From contig CAMAPH010000011.1 in the NCBI GenBank assembly GCA_945859975.1, positions 1 to 64,000 on the forward strand: a DNA stretch of 64,000 nucleotides. The letters run 5' to 3'. Under the pieces are notes generated by a model. It saw only the letters and a program-made list of their open reading frames with translations, did no database searches and was not told the DNA's origin. Position numbers and translations under genes: made by a program. This document shows, piece by piece, positions 38,685 to 48,070 of this stretch (position 1 is its first letter; each line of letters opens with the position of its first letter). Origin of the DNA: Chthonomonas calidirosea. Lineage in GTDB: Bacteria > Armatimonadota > Fimbriimonadia > Fimbriimonadales > Fimbriimonadaceae.

Positions 38685-39258
38685 AAGCGGCGTCGGCGGA
38701 TTGGTTAAGTGGCTTCTGGTTCCGGTGGCTACGCTGGTGGTCGGCTATTTGGTCGTCGGACCACAACTGGGCGGAAGGATAGTCTCGACCGCGTCCAAAA
38801 ACTTGCCGATCCCGAAAGAAGTGAAAGCTTCCGTTAGCAAAGCTCTCACGTCTCCGGTGGCAAAGAACGAACCTGAACGGGATGAACCTGCTCCTGAGCA
38901 GGAACCGCAACCGAAAGCCGTGGTGGCCGATAACGAGCCAAAGCAAGCGAGCACGCGGACGGCCAGCAAGTCGGCGGGCCCCGAGGTTGAAGTTAGCGTT
39001 CGAGAAGCCACCGTCTTAGACAGCAACCGAACTCCAAGCTCTCGGGAAAGATTGAATTCAAACAGAACCGTATCCGGCGATGCTGCCCAAACGGCACCGA
39101 AAAAGAAGAAGCGCCGTAAGCCACGAACGGCGACCACCACCCAAAAACCGGTTGTTCGTCAGCCAGAGGTATTGGATGAAGGTGGCAGCGGTGGAGCGAT
39201 CGGCGACCCTTCAAGCGGCGGCGGTGACCCAGCCGGTGCGCCTCCGCCACAAAATTGA
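38677..39258 (+). CDS. Hypothetical membrane-anchored low-complexity protein
   Basis: N-terminal TM followed by Pro/Ser/Lys-rich region; TAATCT just upstream of ATG. Confidence 0.6.
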   Translation: MAKSGVGGLVKWLLVPVATLVVGYLVVGPQLGGRIVSTASKNLPIPKEVKASVSKALTSPVAKNEPERDEPAPEQEPQPKAVVADNEPKQASTRTASKSAGPEVEVSVREATVLDSNRTPSSRERLNSNRTVSGDAAQTAPKKKKRRKPRTATTTQKPVVRQPEVLDEGGSGGAIGDPSSGGGDPAGAPPPQN

Positions 39259-39295
39259 TGGGACCATCCCCGTACCCTGGTAAACTGCTGATCCT

Positions 39296-39565
39296 GTGAG
39301 CGAAAAGAAGTCCCCATCCAAGCCGTCCGCAAAGCCAGCTTGGTACAAGAACACGTACTTCTGGATTGCGCTCATTCTGTTTGTGGTTGGGATTATCGGC
39401 ATTCCTGGAATCGGAGGCGACTTAGCCATTCGAGACCCGGGGCAGAAACGAGAAAGCAACCTTTTCATGCTCTACCTCGGAGCGGCCATCGTGATGCTTG
39501 TTAACGGCGTCATGAGCCACCGCCAAACCCTTCAGCAGTACGAGGAAGAAGAACTTCTCAGTTAA
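39296..39565 (+). CDS. Small two-TM hypothetical membrane protein
   Basis: Two hydrophobic helices; co-directional with neighbours. Confidence 0.7.
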   Translation: MSEKKSPSKPSAKPAWYKNTYFWIALILFVVGIIGIPGIGGDLAIRDPGQKRESNLFMLYLGAAIVMLVNGVMSHRQTLQQYEEEELLS

Positions 39566-39578
39566 TTCAATTAGAACT

Positions 39579-39794
39579 ATGGTCCAGTGCACCTGCGGAA
39601 AATCGATCGAAAAGATCCCAAATTGGCTTCAAGGCGTGAAAGCAGAATTCGTCTGCAATAACTGCCCCAATCGAAACACCAAGAACATCGCTGTCGTCAG
39701 CATGGAAATCGACAAGAAGCTTGCGGGCGGCGCCGCCACCGCTTTGACCCTCCCGGCCGGCGAAGACGACGAAATCGATCTGGAAGACGAGTAA
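39579..39794 (+). CDS. Small Cys-containing (CxC...CxxC) protein with acidic tail
   Basis: MVQCTCGK...FVCNNCP...GEDDEIDLEDE; fills the gap before aroF. Confidence 0.7.
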   Translation: MVQCTCGKSIEKIPNWLQGVKAEFVCNNCPNRNTKNIAVVSMEIDKKLAGGAATALTLPAGEDDEIDLEDE

Positions 39795-39820
39795 GCCACC
39801 GTCTCCGGTAAAACCTTCGC

Positions 39821-40843
39821 ATGATCATCGTCATGCAAATCGGTGCGACGGACGTACAAATTCAGTCCGTCGCACAGGCCATCAAGGATCGAGGTTTTGA
39901 TCCACTTGTTCTCCCCGGCGAGGGACGAACCGCCATCGGAATTCCTGCCTCCCTTGATTCCGATCAGCGAACCCTACTCGAAGTTCAAATCAGCGCAATG
40001 GACGGCGTGAGCAAGGTCACGCAAACCAGCCGCCCGTACAAACTTGCTTCTCGCGAAGTTCATCGCGAGGACACCATCGTCAAGGTCAAAGACCTCACGA
40101 TCGGCGGCGGAAGCTTCGTCATCATGGGCGGCCCCTGCTCGGTCGAGAGCTACGAACAGTTCGAAGAAGCGGCTCGCGTCGTAAAAGAAACCGGAGCTAC
40201 GATCCTTCGAGGCGGCGCTTTCAAGCCTCGAACCAGCCCGTATGCATTCCAGGGCCTGCAGCTCGAAGGGCTCAAGATTATCAAGGAGATCGGAGACAAG
40301 ACCGGCCTTGTGACGATTACCGAAGTGATGAGCGGAGACATGGTCAGCGCTGTCGCCGAGCACGTCGACATTCTTCAGATTGGCGCACGCTCCATGCAGA
40401 ACTTCCCGCTCCTCATTGAGGCTGGAAAGAGCGGCAAGCCGGTCTTTCTGAAGCGTGGGCCGAGTGCGACGATTGACGAGTTCCTTCTCGCGGCCGAGTA
40501 TGTGCTCAGCCAGGGTAATCCGAACGTGATTCTCTGCGAACGCGGCATTGTCGCCATGGACAAGTCCTACACGCGCAACGTGCTCGACCTTGGCTCTGTG
40601 CCGGTTCTTAAGGAGCACAGCCACCTGCCCGTAATCGTCGACCCGTCTCACGGAACCGGCGTCGCGCGCTACGTTCTTCCGCTCGCGAAGGCAGCCGTCG
40701 TAACGGGATGCGACGGGCTTATGGTCGAGATGCACCCTAACCCGAAAGAAGCCTTGAGCGATGGCTCGCAGGCCCTGACCCCGGCGCAGTTCCAGAATCT
40801 GGTCGCCGAGGTCATGAAGCTTCAGGCTTTCGTTAGCGCTTAA
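39821..40843 (+). CDS. aroF: DAHP synthase type I-beta with N-terminal regulatory domain
   Basis: GPCSVES, RGGAFKPRTSPYAFQG, QIGARSMQNF, LCERGI, VDPSHGTG. Confidence 0.95.
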   Translation: MIIVMQIGATDVQIQSVAQAIKDRGFDPLVLPGEGRTAIGIPASLDSDQRTLLEVQISAMDGVSKVTQTSRPYKLASREVHREDTIVKVKDLTIGGGSFVIMGGPCSVESYEQFEEAARVVKETGATILRGGAFKPRTSPYAFQGLQLEGLKIIKEIGDKTGLVTITEVMSGDMVSAVAEHVDILQIGARSMQNFPLLIEAGKSGKPVFLKRGPSATIDEFLLAAEYVLSQGNPNVILCERGIVAMDKSYTRNVLDLGSVPVLKEHSHLPVIVDPSHGTGVARYVLPLAKAAVVTGCDGLMVEMHPNPKEALSDGSQALTPAQFQNLVAEVMKLQAFVSA

Positions 40844-41262
40844 AGTTTCAGGTCAACGGTTCCGCTGACGCCAACGCCTTCCACTCGGTTCAGCCGCGTG
40901 ACGTCGGTGCCCTCAATTGGGATCATCGCGCGAATCTTTACTTCTCGACCAAGAATGTCTTGGTCGAGTTGCACCACGGAGCCAACCTTCTCAACCGCGG
41001 CCTTGGGTCCCATAACCTGCGCGGCACCGATAGCCTGTCGAGAAGATACGCCACCGCTGAGGATCGGCACAACCTTTGTGAACTGCTTATCCGTATCCGT
41101 GTGCTTCACCAGCTTGTTGAGCGACTTGTTGATGTCTGGCCCAAACTGCTTGATGGCAGCTCCGACGCCAACGACCTTTAGAACCGCTTTGAGCTGCGGT
41201 GCGGCAGTGGCAACGAGCGCGAGGACGGCAACCGAAGAAAGGGCAATGTGAATTCTCTTCAT
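40840..41262 (-). CDS. Exported hypothetical protein
   Basis: Signal peptide MKRIHIALSSVAVLALVATA; TKVVPILS, IGAAQVMGP segments. Confidence 0.7.
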   Translation of the reverse strand: MKRIHIALSSVAVLALVATAAPQLKAVLKVVGVGAAIKQFGPDINKSLNKLVKHTDTDKQFTKVVPILSGGVSSRQAIGAAQVMGPKAAVEKVGSVVQLDQDILGREVKIRAMIPIEGTDVTRLNRVEGVGVSGTVDLKL

Positions 41263-41302
41263 TACGAATTCGAACGTACCCAAGAGGCCGACCGTTACAA
41301 AC

Positions 41303-41333
41303 AAAAAAGCCGCCCACCTTTCGGTGGGCGGCT
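41303..41333 (-). terminator. Rho-independent terminator of the SLH gene
   Basis: AGCCGCCCACC-TTTC-GGTGGGCGGCT hairpin followed on the minus strand by a U-tract. Confidence 0.88.
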
Positions 41334-41349
41334 CGCTTAAGGTTAGTTC

Positions 41350-43290
41350 TTAGAACTTGACCGAAAGCTGGGTGGTGAAGAATCCACCCTGGTATCGACC
41401 GGTTGGGCTGGTGGAACCAAAGCCAAGGGTCTGATAGTCGTTGACGTGATCGGAGATTTCGTATCCGATCTTGAGCATGGCGTTGTCACCGATGCCGTAG
41501 CCGAAGCCAACGTTGTACCAGCGGTACTTTGGCTTGCCTGCGACGCCGACAACGTTCTCGAACTCAGTCTGTTCGAAGCCGAGCATAACCGAGAAGTTCG
41601 AGCTGAGCTTGTAGTCCAGTCCGAGGTCGAATCGGGTGATGTCGGTGTTGGTTCCGAAGGAGCCAACTGGAGCGCCAGCGAAGGTCTTTGCGCCTTCGAG
41701 GATCATCGCACCACCGCGGAGGGTGAGCGAGTCGCTGAGGTTGAAGTGACCGTTACCGAAGAATCCTTCGATGTTGGTCGGGTTTCGAACGATACCAAGT
41801 CGTCCCCAGTCTCCAGGAGCGAAGTAGTTGTTCTCGACCTGCTTGTAACCGACGGTAACGCCGTATCGGTCTCCGCCAAGGCTTCCCTTAACGTAGAACG
41901 AACCGTTGTCGTCGTTGAGTCGAGAGTTCTCGTTTCGCTTGAGCTCGGTCTGAGCAGCGCCGCCAGCGAGGCTGACTGGGCCAACCTTGAAGGTTGCGTC
42001 TGCGCCGATGACCTGAACTCGGTTGAAGTTGGTCGCGTTGATTGGCGATGGGTTGTTCGCGTCGAAGACGAGGTAAGCAACGTTGATGTTGCCGACGTTT
42101 CCGAGAGCGAGGCTAGCGTTCACACCAGCCGATCGGTCTGGCGAGAAGTTAAGCGGGTTCTGGGTGCTGCCGAAGAGGTAGCTGTTGACCTCAACACCGT
42201 TGGTGCTGAATCGTCGGTTGTTTCGACCGCCGAAGATGTCAACCTTGGCCTTTCCAAGTCCGAGGGTAGCGATACCACCGTCGAAGAGGTACTTGCCGTT
42301 GTCCCATCGATCGTTAGCGAAGTAAGACGTGAAGTCTGGTCGCTGAAGGATCATTGGGCTGATCTTGTAGCCAACTCGTCCGATTTCTGCGTTGAAGCCG
42401 AGGCCTGCAACTGCGGAATCAAACTTGACGCTGAAGTCCTGGAAGTAAACGTCCTGGCCAGCCTGCTCGAAGTAGTAGGTTCCCTGTCCTGGAAGGCCCT
42501 GGTTGAAGAAAGCGCCGCGCTGAGCGTTTCCGCCGAGCATGTTTCCTGCGACCAAAGTTGCGTTGAACTTAGGTCCCATTTCGTTGGTGGTGCTGAACTT
42601 GAACGCGCCTTCGTGAAGGATAGCGAGATCCTGGAAGAAGGAGGTTTCTCGAACGACGCCGCCGGTGGTCTGAGCACCAACGAATCGGCCGTCCTTGTTG
42701 AGGCCGCCGTTTCCTTCGAGACCTGCGCCGGTGCCAACCCAGAGGTTAGCGTCGCCGCTGATCGAGATTGCTGGCTTAACCTTTTCGAGAACCGTGACTC
42801 GGTCCTGAAGGTCCTTGAGGTCCGTCTTCATCTTTTCGACGTCGACGTTCAGGTCCTGGAGTTCCTTCTGGAACGTGTCGGTCAAGCGGCGAAGGGCAGC
42901 GACATCATCGCCCCACTTCTTCATGCCAGCGACTTCGCTCTGGAGGTTCTCGAGAGCCGTCTTGAGGTTCTGGGTGTCGCCGCTACCGGTGTTTCCGCCA
43001 ACCTGTCCCTTCAGCTCGTCGATCTGCTTCTGCAGGCCGTCGGTGATGTTCTTGAGGTTAACGTAGGTTGCGTGGATAGCAACCGCCATTTCGTATCGCG
43101 ATGCAGGTCGTGCGCCGCGGAAAAGGCCGTCTGGGTAGCCGACCAAAAGGCCGTTGCTCTTCAATCGAAGAAGGGCTTCGTAGGCCCAGTGATTGTCTGG
43201 AACGTCTGGGAAGTTGTCCTGAGCGAGGGCTGGGGTAACCAGCGCTGCGCCGAGGACTGCCGAGAGAGCCAACTTAAGGGTTCGCTTCAT
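41350..43290 (-). CDS. SLH-domain outer-membrane beta-barrel protein (OmpM/SomA-like major envelope protein)
   Basis: Signal peptide; FPDVPDNHWAY...GYPDGLFRG...SRYEMA SLH domain; coiled-coil stalk; amphipathic beta-strands ending in C-terminal Phe; GGAG RBS. Confidence 0.88.
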   Translation of the reverse strand: MKRTLKLALSAVLGAALVTPALAQDNFPDVPDNHWAYEALLRLKSNGLLVGYPDGLFRGARPASRYEMAVAIHATYVNLKNITDGLQKQIDELKGQVGGNTGSGDTQNLKTALENLQSEVAGMKKWGDDVAALRRLTDTFQKELQDLNVDVEKMKTDLKDLQDRVTVLEKVKPAISISGDANLWVGTGAGLEGNGGLNKDGRFVGAQTTGGVVRETSFFQDLAILHEGAFKFSTTNEMGPKFNATLVAGNMLGGNAQRGAFFNQGLPGQGTYYFEQAGQDVYFQDFSVKFDSAVAGLGFNAEIGRVGYKISPMILQRPDFTSYFANDRWDNGKYLFDGGIATLGLGKAKVDIFGGRNNRRFSTNGVEVNSYLFGSTQNPLNFSPDRSAGVNASLALGNVGNINVAYLVFDANNPSPINATNFNRVQVIGADATFKVGPVSLAGGAAQTELKRNENSRLNDDNGSFYVKGSLGGDRYGVTVGYKQVENNYFAPGDWGRLGIVRNPTNIEGFFGNGHFNLSDSLTLRGGAMILEGAKTFAGAPVGSFGTNTDITRFDLGLDYKLSSNFSVMLGFEQTEFENVVGVAGKPKYRWYNVGFGYGIGDNAMLKIGYEISDHVNDYQTLGFGSTSPTGRYQGGFFTTQLSVKF

Positions 43291-43456
43291 GATTTTTAGT
43301 CTCCGGAACGCCGGGAGACATACCAATCATCAACTCGCACTTTCCGCCAAACCCTTTCTTCGCAATTTCCATGTTGCCTACGAAGTCCAGATCGAACCGA
43401 AACTGCTTGCCAACTTCTGATAAGTCGCCTAGCAGTGACAGGTGTCACCAATACGG

Positions 43457-43485
43457 AGTATGGCACATCGGTCAAGTTCGTGCAA
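43457..43485 (-). promoter_or_regulatory. Putative sigma70 promoter of the SLH gene
   Basis: Minus strand TTGCAC-17nt-CATACT, implying a leader of about 160 nt. Confidence 0.55.
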
Positions 43486-43546
43486 GAGTTTGACTGGGCC
43501 TAGGACTTTTTGGCCTCTTTGTCCCGTCTACAATAGTCCTGCCGCC

Positions 43547-44839
43547 ATGCTGGACCGCGAACTTATTCGAAAACAGAACGACCTCGTCCGAGAGGGCATT
43601 AGCCGTAAAGGACTCGATGCTGGCATCGTTGATGCTTTTATTACGGCAGATTCGAACTGGCGAAAGACCCTGACCGAGCTCGAAACGAAGCAGGCCGAAG
43701 CTAATCAATTCAGTAAGTCGATCGGCCAACTGATGGCGCAAGGCAAAAAAGAGGAAGCCGAGGCGGCAAAAGCGGAAACCCGGCAACTTAAAGAAGCCAT
43801 CGCCGTTTTGGAAGGCGAGGCGCGCACGCTCGAAGAAAGCCTGCGAGCGATTGAGCTCGACATGCCCAACTTGCCGCACGAGTCCGTTCCCGACGGGGCA
43901 AACGAAACCGAGAACGTCACGCGCCGAACCTGGGGCGATATTCCGACCTTCAGCTTTACGCCGAAACCGCACTGGGAAATAGCCGAGAGCCTCGGCATTG
44001 TTGACTTCCCGCGCGGCGCAAAAATCAGCGGCTCCGGCTTCCCGGTCTACGTCGGCCTCGGAGCGCGCCTGCAACGGGCCCTCATCAGCTTTCTCATCAA
44101 CTTCCAAACCGAGAACAACGGCTACCAGGAGATCTATCCGCCGTACTTGGTGAACCGAGCTAGCCTTGTCGGCACCGGACAGTTGCCGAAGTTCGAAGAG
44201 GATCTGTACAAGTCTACGGATGATCTCTATTTGATTCCTACCGCAGAGGTACCGATTACCAACCTGTATCGCGACGAGATTTTGGACGCCAAAGAGCTTC
44301 CGATCAACCTCGCCGGATACTCGGCCTGCTTCCGCCGCGAAGCTGGGGCGGCCGGAAAGGACACGCGCGGGCTGCAGCGGCTGCACCAGTTCGACAAGAT
44401 CGAGATGGTGAAGTTCACCACGCCAGAGACCAGCTACCAAGAACTTGAGAACATGACCCAGAACGCGGAAGACGTTCTGAAAGCGCTTGGCCTTCCTTAC
44501 CGCGTCATCGAAATTTGCACCGGCGACATTGGGCCCAAGGGCAGCAAGCAATATGACCTTGAGACTTGGTCGCCGGTGATGGAGAAGTGGCTGGAAGTTT
44601 CGTCTTGCAGCAACTTTGAGGCTTACCAAAGTCGCCGCGCAAACATTCGGTACCGACCCGAACCAGGCGCGAAGCCGGAATTTGTACACATCCTAAATGG
44701 CAGCGCCCTCGGGATGCCGCGTGTCTACGCGACGATTTTGGAGTCGTATCAACAAGAAGATGGTTCCGTGCGTGTTCCCGACGTTTTGGTTCCGTACATG
44801 GGAACGGAGTTGATATCGAAGACGCAAGATCCGAGCTAA
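43547..44839 (+). CDS. serS: Seryl-tRNA synthetase
   Basis: MLDRELIR start, coiled-coil arm, GTGQLPKFEEDLY, LIPTAEVP, CFRREAG, RLHQFDKIE, EVSSCSN. Confidence 0.98.
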   Translation: MLDRELIRKQNDLVREGISRKGLDAGIVDAFITADSNWRKTLTELETKQAEANQFSKSIGQLMAQGKKEEAEAAKAETRQLKEAIAVLEGEARTLEESLRAIELDMPNLPHESVPDGANETENVTRRTWGDIPTFSFTPKPHWEIAESLGIVDFPRGAKISGSGFPVYVGLGARLQRALISFLINFQTENNGYQEIYPPYLVNRASLVGTGQLPKFEEDLYKSTDDLYLIPTAEVPITNLYRDEILDAKELPINLAGYSACFRREAGAAGKDTRGLQRLHQFDKIEMVKFTTPETSYQELENMTQNAEDVLKALGLPYRVIEICTGDIGPKGSKQYDLETWSPVMEKWLEVSSCSNFEAYQSRRANIRYRPEPGAKPEFVHILNGSALGMPRVYATILESYQQEDGSVRVPDVLVPYMGTELISKTQDPS

Positions 44840-44934
44840 ATCCGATTCGTCTCGCGCTTGAGGCGGCATACGACTCGGGAGACCTGATTGAGTACCGCCC
44901 GTGGCCAGATGACGGCGCGATCCTTTGCGGATAC

Positions 44935-46194
44935 GTGACCAGCGTTGGACCCGAAGAGGTGACGATCAAAGAGATCGACTCGAACGGCATGCAAAGTGAG
45001 GTGGATGATGAGATCTACGACATCTCAGATATCCACGAGGTGACTCTTCGTTCACCCTATCTGATTCGCCTTCAGCATCTGGTCAACGCCCCGTTGCTTG
45101 GCGCGATGGATACATCCAGCCTGCTCCAAAGTCAAGAGGAGAAGCTGCGGCAAGCCGTCGAGGGTAACCGGGCCATCACGATTAGCTTTCCCGACGACTC
45201 CGAGGCAGATGAGGACGAAGTGTCGGACACGAGCACGGAGTACCAGTACGCAATTCGGAACGTCGATTGGCCCTTTATTGAAGCCGAACAGCTGGACGAC
45301 AACGGCGAATCTTACGAGTGGAAGATCCTTCGTGCAACCCGAACCCAGGTCGGTAAAGAAGGAAACTCCGACGCCCAAGTCACTCAGCTGCTCCACAGCC
45401 AAAAGCGGGCAAGTTCGATTTTTGCGGACGAGGACCTTTTCGTTCGCTTGGAGCGATTCTTGGCGACGATTGGTCGGCAGGGCGCTTCCCTGTTTGGACC
45501 AGACAACTTCTTGGACCTGAGCAACGGCTATGCCGTCTTTGCCGGCGTCGGTTGCCCAATCACTCAGGCCCACGGCCGATTCTCCGCCGAAGACATTGCT
45601 AAGATAACCGAGTTCTATGCCTCGCGCGAGACCGGTTGGGAAGCCCTTGTGACGCCCTACGCTGAGCCAGGTGCGGTGGAGCGACTTCAGGAAATTGGTG
45701 CGAAGTTGAACGGCTGGGAGACGGTTCTGTTTCTTCCGCTTCCCCACCTCAATATCGGCGGCGCTCGGTTGCTATCCGATGTTCGGATTGAAGAAGTATC
45801 GGTTGACGGAATTGCCGACTGGGCCGGGCTGTTGCAGTCAGGATTTGAGGATCCGAGCCTGAGTTCGGCGTTGGAGAACTTGAATCGCTACATGATGGAG
45901 CTACCGGACATGCATCGTTATGTGCTCTCTTGTGGCGGTACCCGTGCGGCGGCGGCGGGTTTGATCATTCGCGACGATATCGCTTACTTGGCCGGGTCCG
46001 CGACGAAGGAAGAATATCGAGGCCGAGGTTTCCACGGCGCGCTTTTGGACCGACGAATCCAGATCGCCATGCGCCACAGCGCGCGGCTCGCCATCATCGG
46101 CACCGAACCCGGCAGTACGAGTCAAAGGAACGCCGAACGAGCAGGGTTCCGAGTGGCGTACAACGTGATGTCACTCTCCGTTCCGAAAAGTTAA
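44935..46194 (+). CDS. GNAT acetyltransferase with an extra acidic N-terminal region; true start probably further upstream
   Basis: AYLAGSATKEEYRGRGFHGALL acetyl-CoA motif, PGSTSQRNAERAGF. Confidence 0.8.
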   Translation: MTSVGPEEVTIKEIDSNGMQSEVDDEIYDISDIHEVTLRSPYLIRLQHLVNAPLLGAMDTSSLLQSQEEKLRQAVEGNRAITISFPDDSEADEDEVSDTSTEYQYAIRNVDWPFIEAEQLDDNGESYEWKILRATRTQVGKEGNSDAQVTQLLHSQKRASSIFADEDLFVRLERFLATIGRQGASLFGPDNFLDLSNGYAVFAGVGCPITQAHGRFSAEDIAKITEFYASRETGWEALVTPYAEPGAVERLQEIGAKLNGWETVLFLPLPHLNIGGARLLSDVRIEEVSVDGIADWAGLLQSGFEDPSLSSALENLNRYMMELPDMHRYVLSCGGTRAAAAGLIIRDDIAYLAGSATKEEYRGRGFHGALLDRRIQIAMRHSARLAIIGTEPGSTSQRNAERAGFRVAYNVMSLSVPKS

Positions 46195-46247
46195 GGGACA
46201 TAACAATTACTGCATTCTGCTAAGTTGACGCAGTATTCTGTCGCTCA

Positions 46248-48041
46248 ATGAGTCCTGCGCTCACTCGCATTTGCCGTCGGTTGCTTTGTGCCCTTTTGTG
46301 GTGCGGAGTTGCTACCAACGGCTTCGCGCAGATTCAGGATTCTCCACGGTGGCTGGTTCTGCGAACCGAGCATCGAATTCTCGATCAGTTTCACGACAAT
46401 TTTGGCTGGCCAGATCCCGAGATTCCAAAGGGCCAAGCGGTTGTGTACGTGTATGCGGAAGGCGCCTCTTATAAACTTCTTGCCGTCGGACCAGTCACGT
46501 CCGACGCAAAGGTCTACGCCCGAATTTTGAATGACTGGAAGGAGAGGCACGGGCTGTCGGGGCCAGTTTTTTACTCCCAAGAGAACGATTGTGCAGCCGC
46601 TCTTTTTTCTGTATCCGAAGCAGGCTTTGGCAAGACCACCTCAAACCTAAGGCTTCCTCTGGCGTCGATCGTCACTGATATAAAGCTAGAAACTAAAACC
46701 AATCTGGGTCTAGTCATAAACGGGAACCTTAAGTGGCCCGCGGAGCTTCCACCGCCAGGTTATCACTCTAAGAGAAATTACGGCTTTTGGGATCTGTCGA
46801 AATGGGATGAACCGACGGATTTAGTCATCGAACATAAACTTGAACCTTGGCTGCTGACCTACTTCGTAGTCGTTCTACTATTTCCGTTCATTGCGACTGG
46901 AGCATGTTATGCCTTTGCGGTGAGATTTGCTAAAGACGAATCCCGGTCCCTCGACCAGAGTCGTAAAGTCTTTCGGAGGCTCGTCGGCGGCGGCACGATT
47001 GGGACGATTGCACTACACTCGGTCATGTTCGTACCCGCAATTGGGCTACGTACTTTCGATCCCATCACCTATCTTTGGTTTGACGCATCCTTCTCTAGCG
47101 TCGGACTCCCTTTCGTGCCTTTGCTTGTGCTCGTGCCACTTGGCAGCTTAGTGAGCTTGAACCGAACAGAGGCCACACTTTCTAAGTTGACAGAAGAAGA
47201 GTTGCTGAAGCTCCAGCTTCCACCATCCGCACAGGATAAGCTCAGTCCGCCAGCGCAAAATGGGCAGTTGAAGCGTAACTTACCAGCGCTCTGCCTGTTG
47301 ATTGCAGGGATCTGTATTTTCTTATATCCAACAACCAAGCAAGACCCCTTTGCTCAATGGAAGTTCCCAACGGCAATGGTACTTATCCTGCTTTCTTCCT
47401 TAGTAGTTAACACCAGAAAAGAACCCGCTAAATGTGAAGCTGATGATCTTCCAGAGTTGATAGCCAAGGCCAAGCGCGTCAAAAAGAGGTTCAACGAATT
47501 GAACAATCCGTCGCTTACAGAAGTCACGATACTTCCCTCGAAGATTCTTGAGCGGTCCTGCTTCATCAAAGGTTCAACGCTCGAAATTGCGGAAGGCGCT
47601 CTTCGAACGTGGAGCGAAGATGAGCTCTTGTATTACGTCTTGTACCAATCGTGGTACAAGCCTCAAAACCCGCTCACGAACCCATATTTCTATTTACTGA
47701 TGGCATCGTCTATTGCGGCTTACGTATTCCTAGGCACAATAATTTCAACGACTCCATACCGCTTCTTGGCTTTCCTACTTCCGCTCTCTGGCGCATTTAT
47801 TTTTCGGGAAGTATCTACACGAAAATCGATCCAGCTTACGTTCGCAACCGATCTTCGTGTCGTCGAAGCCACAGGCGACCCTGAATCGGCCATTTCGGCA
47901 TTGGAAAGGATGAACAAGGCACTGCAAGTCGGCTTGGAAGCCGGAATCATCAATCCAAAGCCCTCGTTCTTGGAAAGGATCGAACGCATTCGCATGGCAT
48001 TCCCAGGATCCGCGGCTGATGAACGTCCAATCTCACGCTGA
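46248..48041 (+). CDS. Membrane protein paralogue 1: exported N-domain + degenerate M48-like domain
   Basis: Signal peptide, NFGWPDPE domain, several TMs, SEDELLYYVL, ATDLRVVEATGDPESAISALERM, PSFLERIERI. Confidence 0.75.
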   Translation: MSPALTRICRRLLCALLWCGVATNGFAQIQDSPRWLVLRTEHRILDQFHDNFGWPDPEIPKGQAVVYVYAEGASYKLLAVGPVTSDAKVYARILNDWKERHGLSGPVFYSQENDCAAALFSVSEAGFGKTTSNLRLPLASIVTDIKLETKTNLGLVINGNLKWPAELPPPGYHSKRNYGFWDLSKWDEPTDLVIEHKLEPWLLTYFVVVLLFPFIATGACYAFAVRFAKDESRSLDQSRKVFRRLVGGGTIGTIALHSVMFVPAIGLRTFDPITYLWFDASFSSVGLPFVPLLVLVPLGSLVSLNRTEATLSKLTEEELLKLQLPPSAQDKLSPPAQNGQLKRNLPALCLLIAGICIFLYPTTKQDPFAQWKFPTAMVLILLSSLVVNTRKEPAKCEADDLPELIAKAKRVKKRFNELNNPSLTEVTILPSKILERSCFIKGSTLEIAEGALRTWSEDELLYYVLYQSWYKPQNPLTNPYFYLLMASSIAAYVFLGTIISTTPYRFLAFLLPLSGAFIFREVSTRKSIQLTFATDLRVVEATGDPESAISALERMNKALQVGLEAGIINPKPSFLERIERIRMAFPGSAADERPISR

Positions 48042-48070
48042 AGACAATTTTTGGACCAATCAGGAAATGC

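Noticed and set aside
41446..43299. 617-aa antisense ORF over the SLH gene
   Set aside because: Shadow of a strongly codon-biased gene; Val/Glu/Ser-rich with no motifs
43330..43546. T-box riboswitch before serS
   Set aside because: No T-box consensus or terminator; TACAAT lies close to the serS start, and the region is better explained as the SLH gene leader
43472..44689. 405-aa antisense ORF over serS, and similar shadows at 57875-58921, 59456-60343 and 39974-40735
   Set aside because: Antisense to confident genes; expected in GC-rich DNA; no recognisable domains
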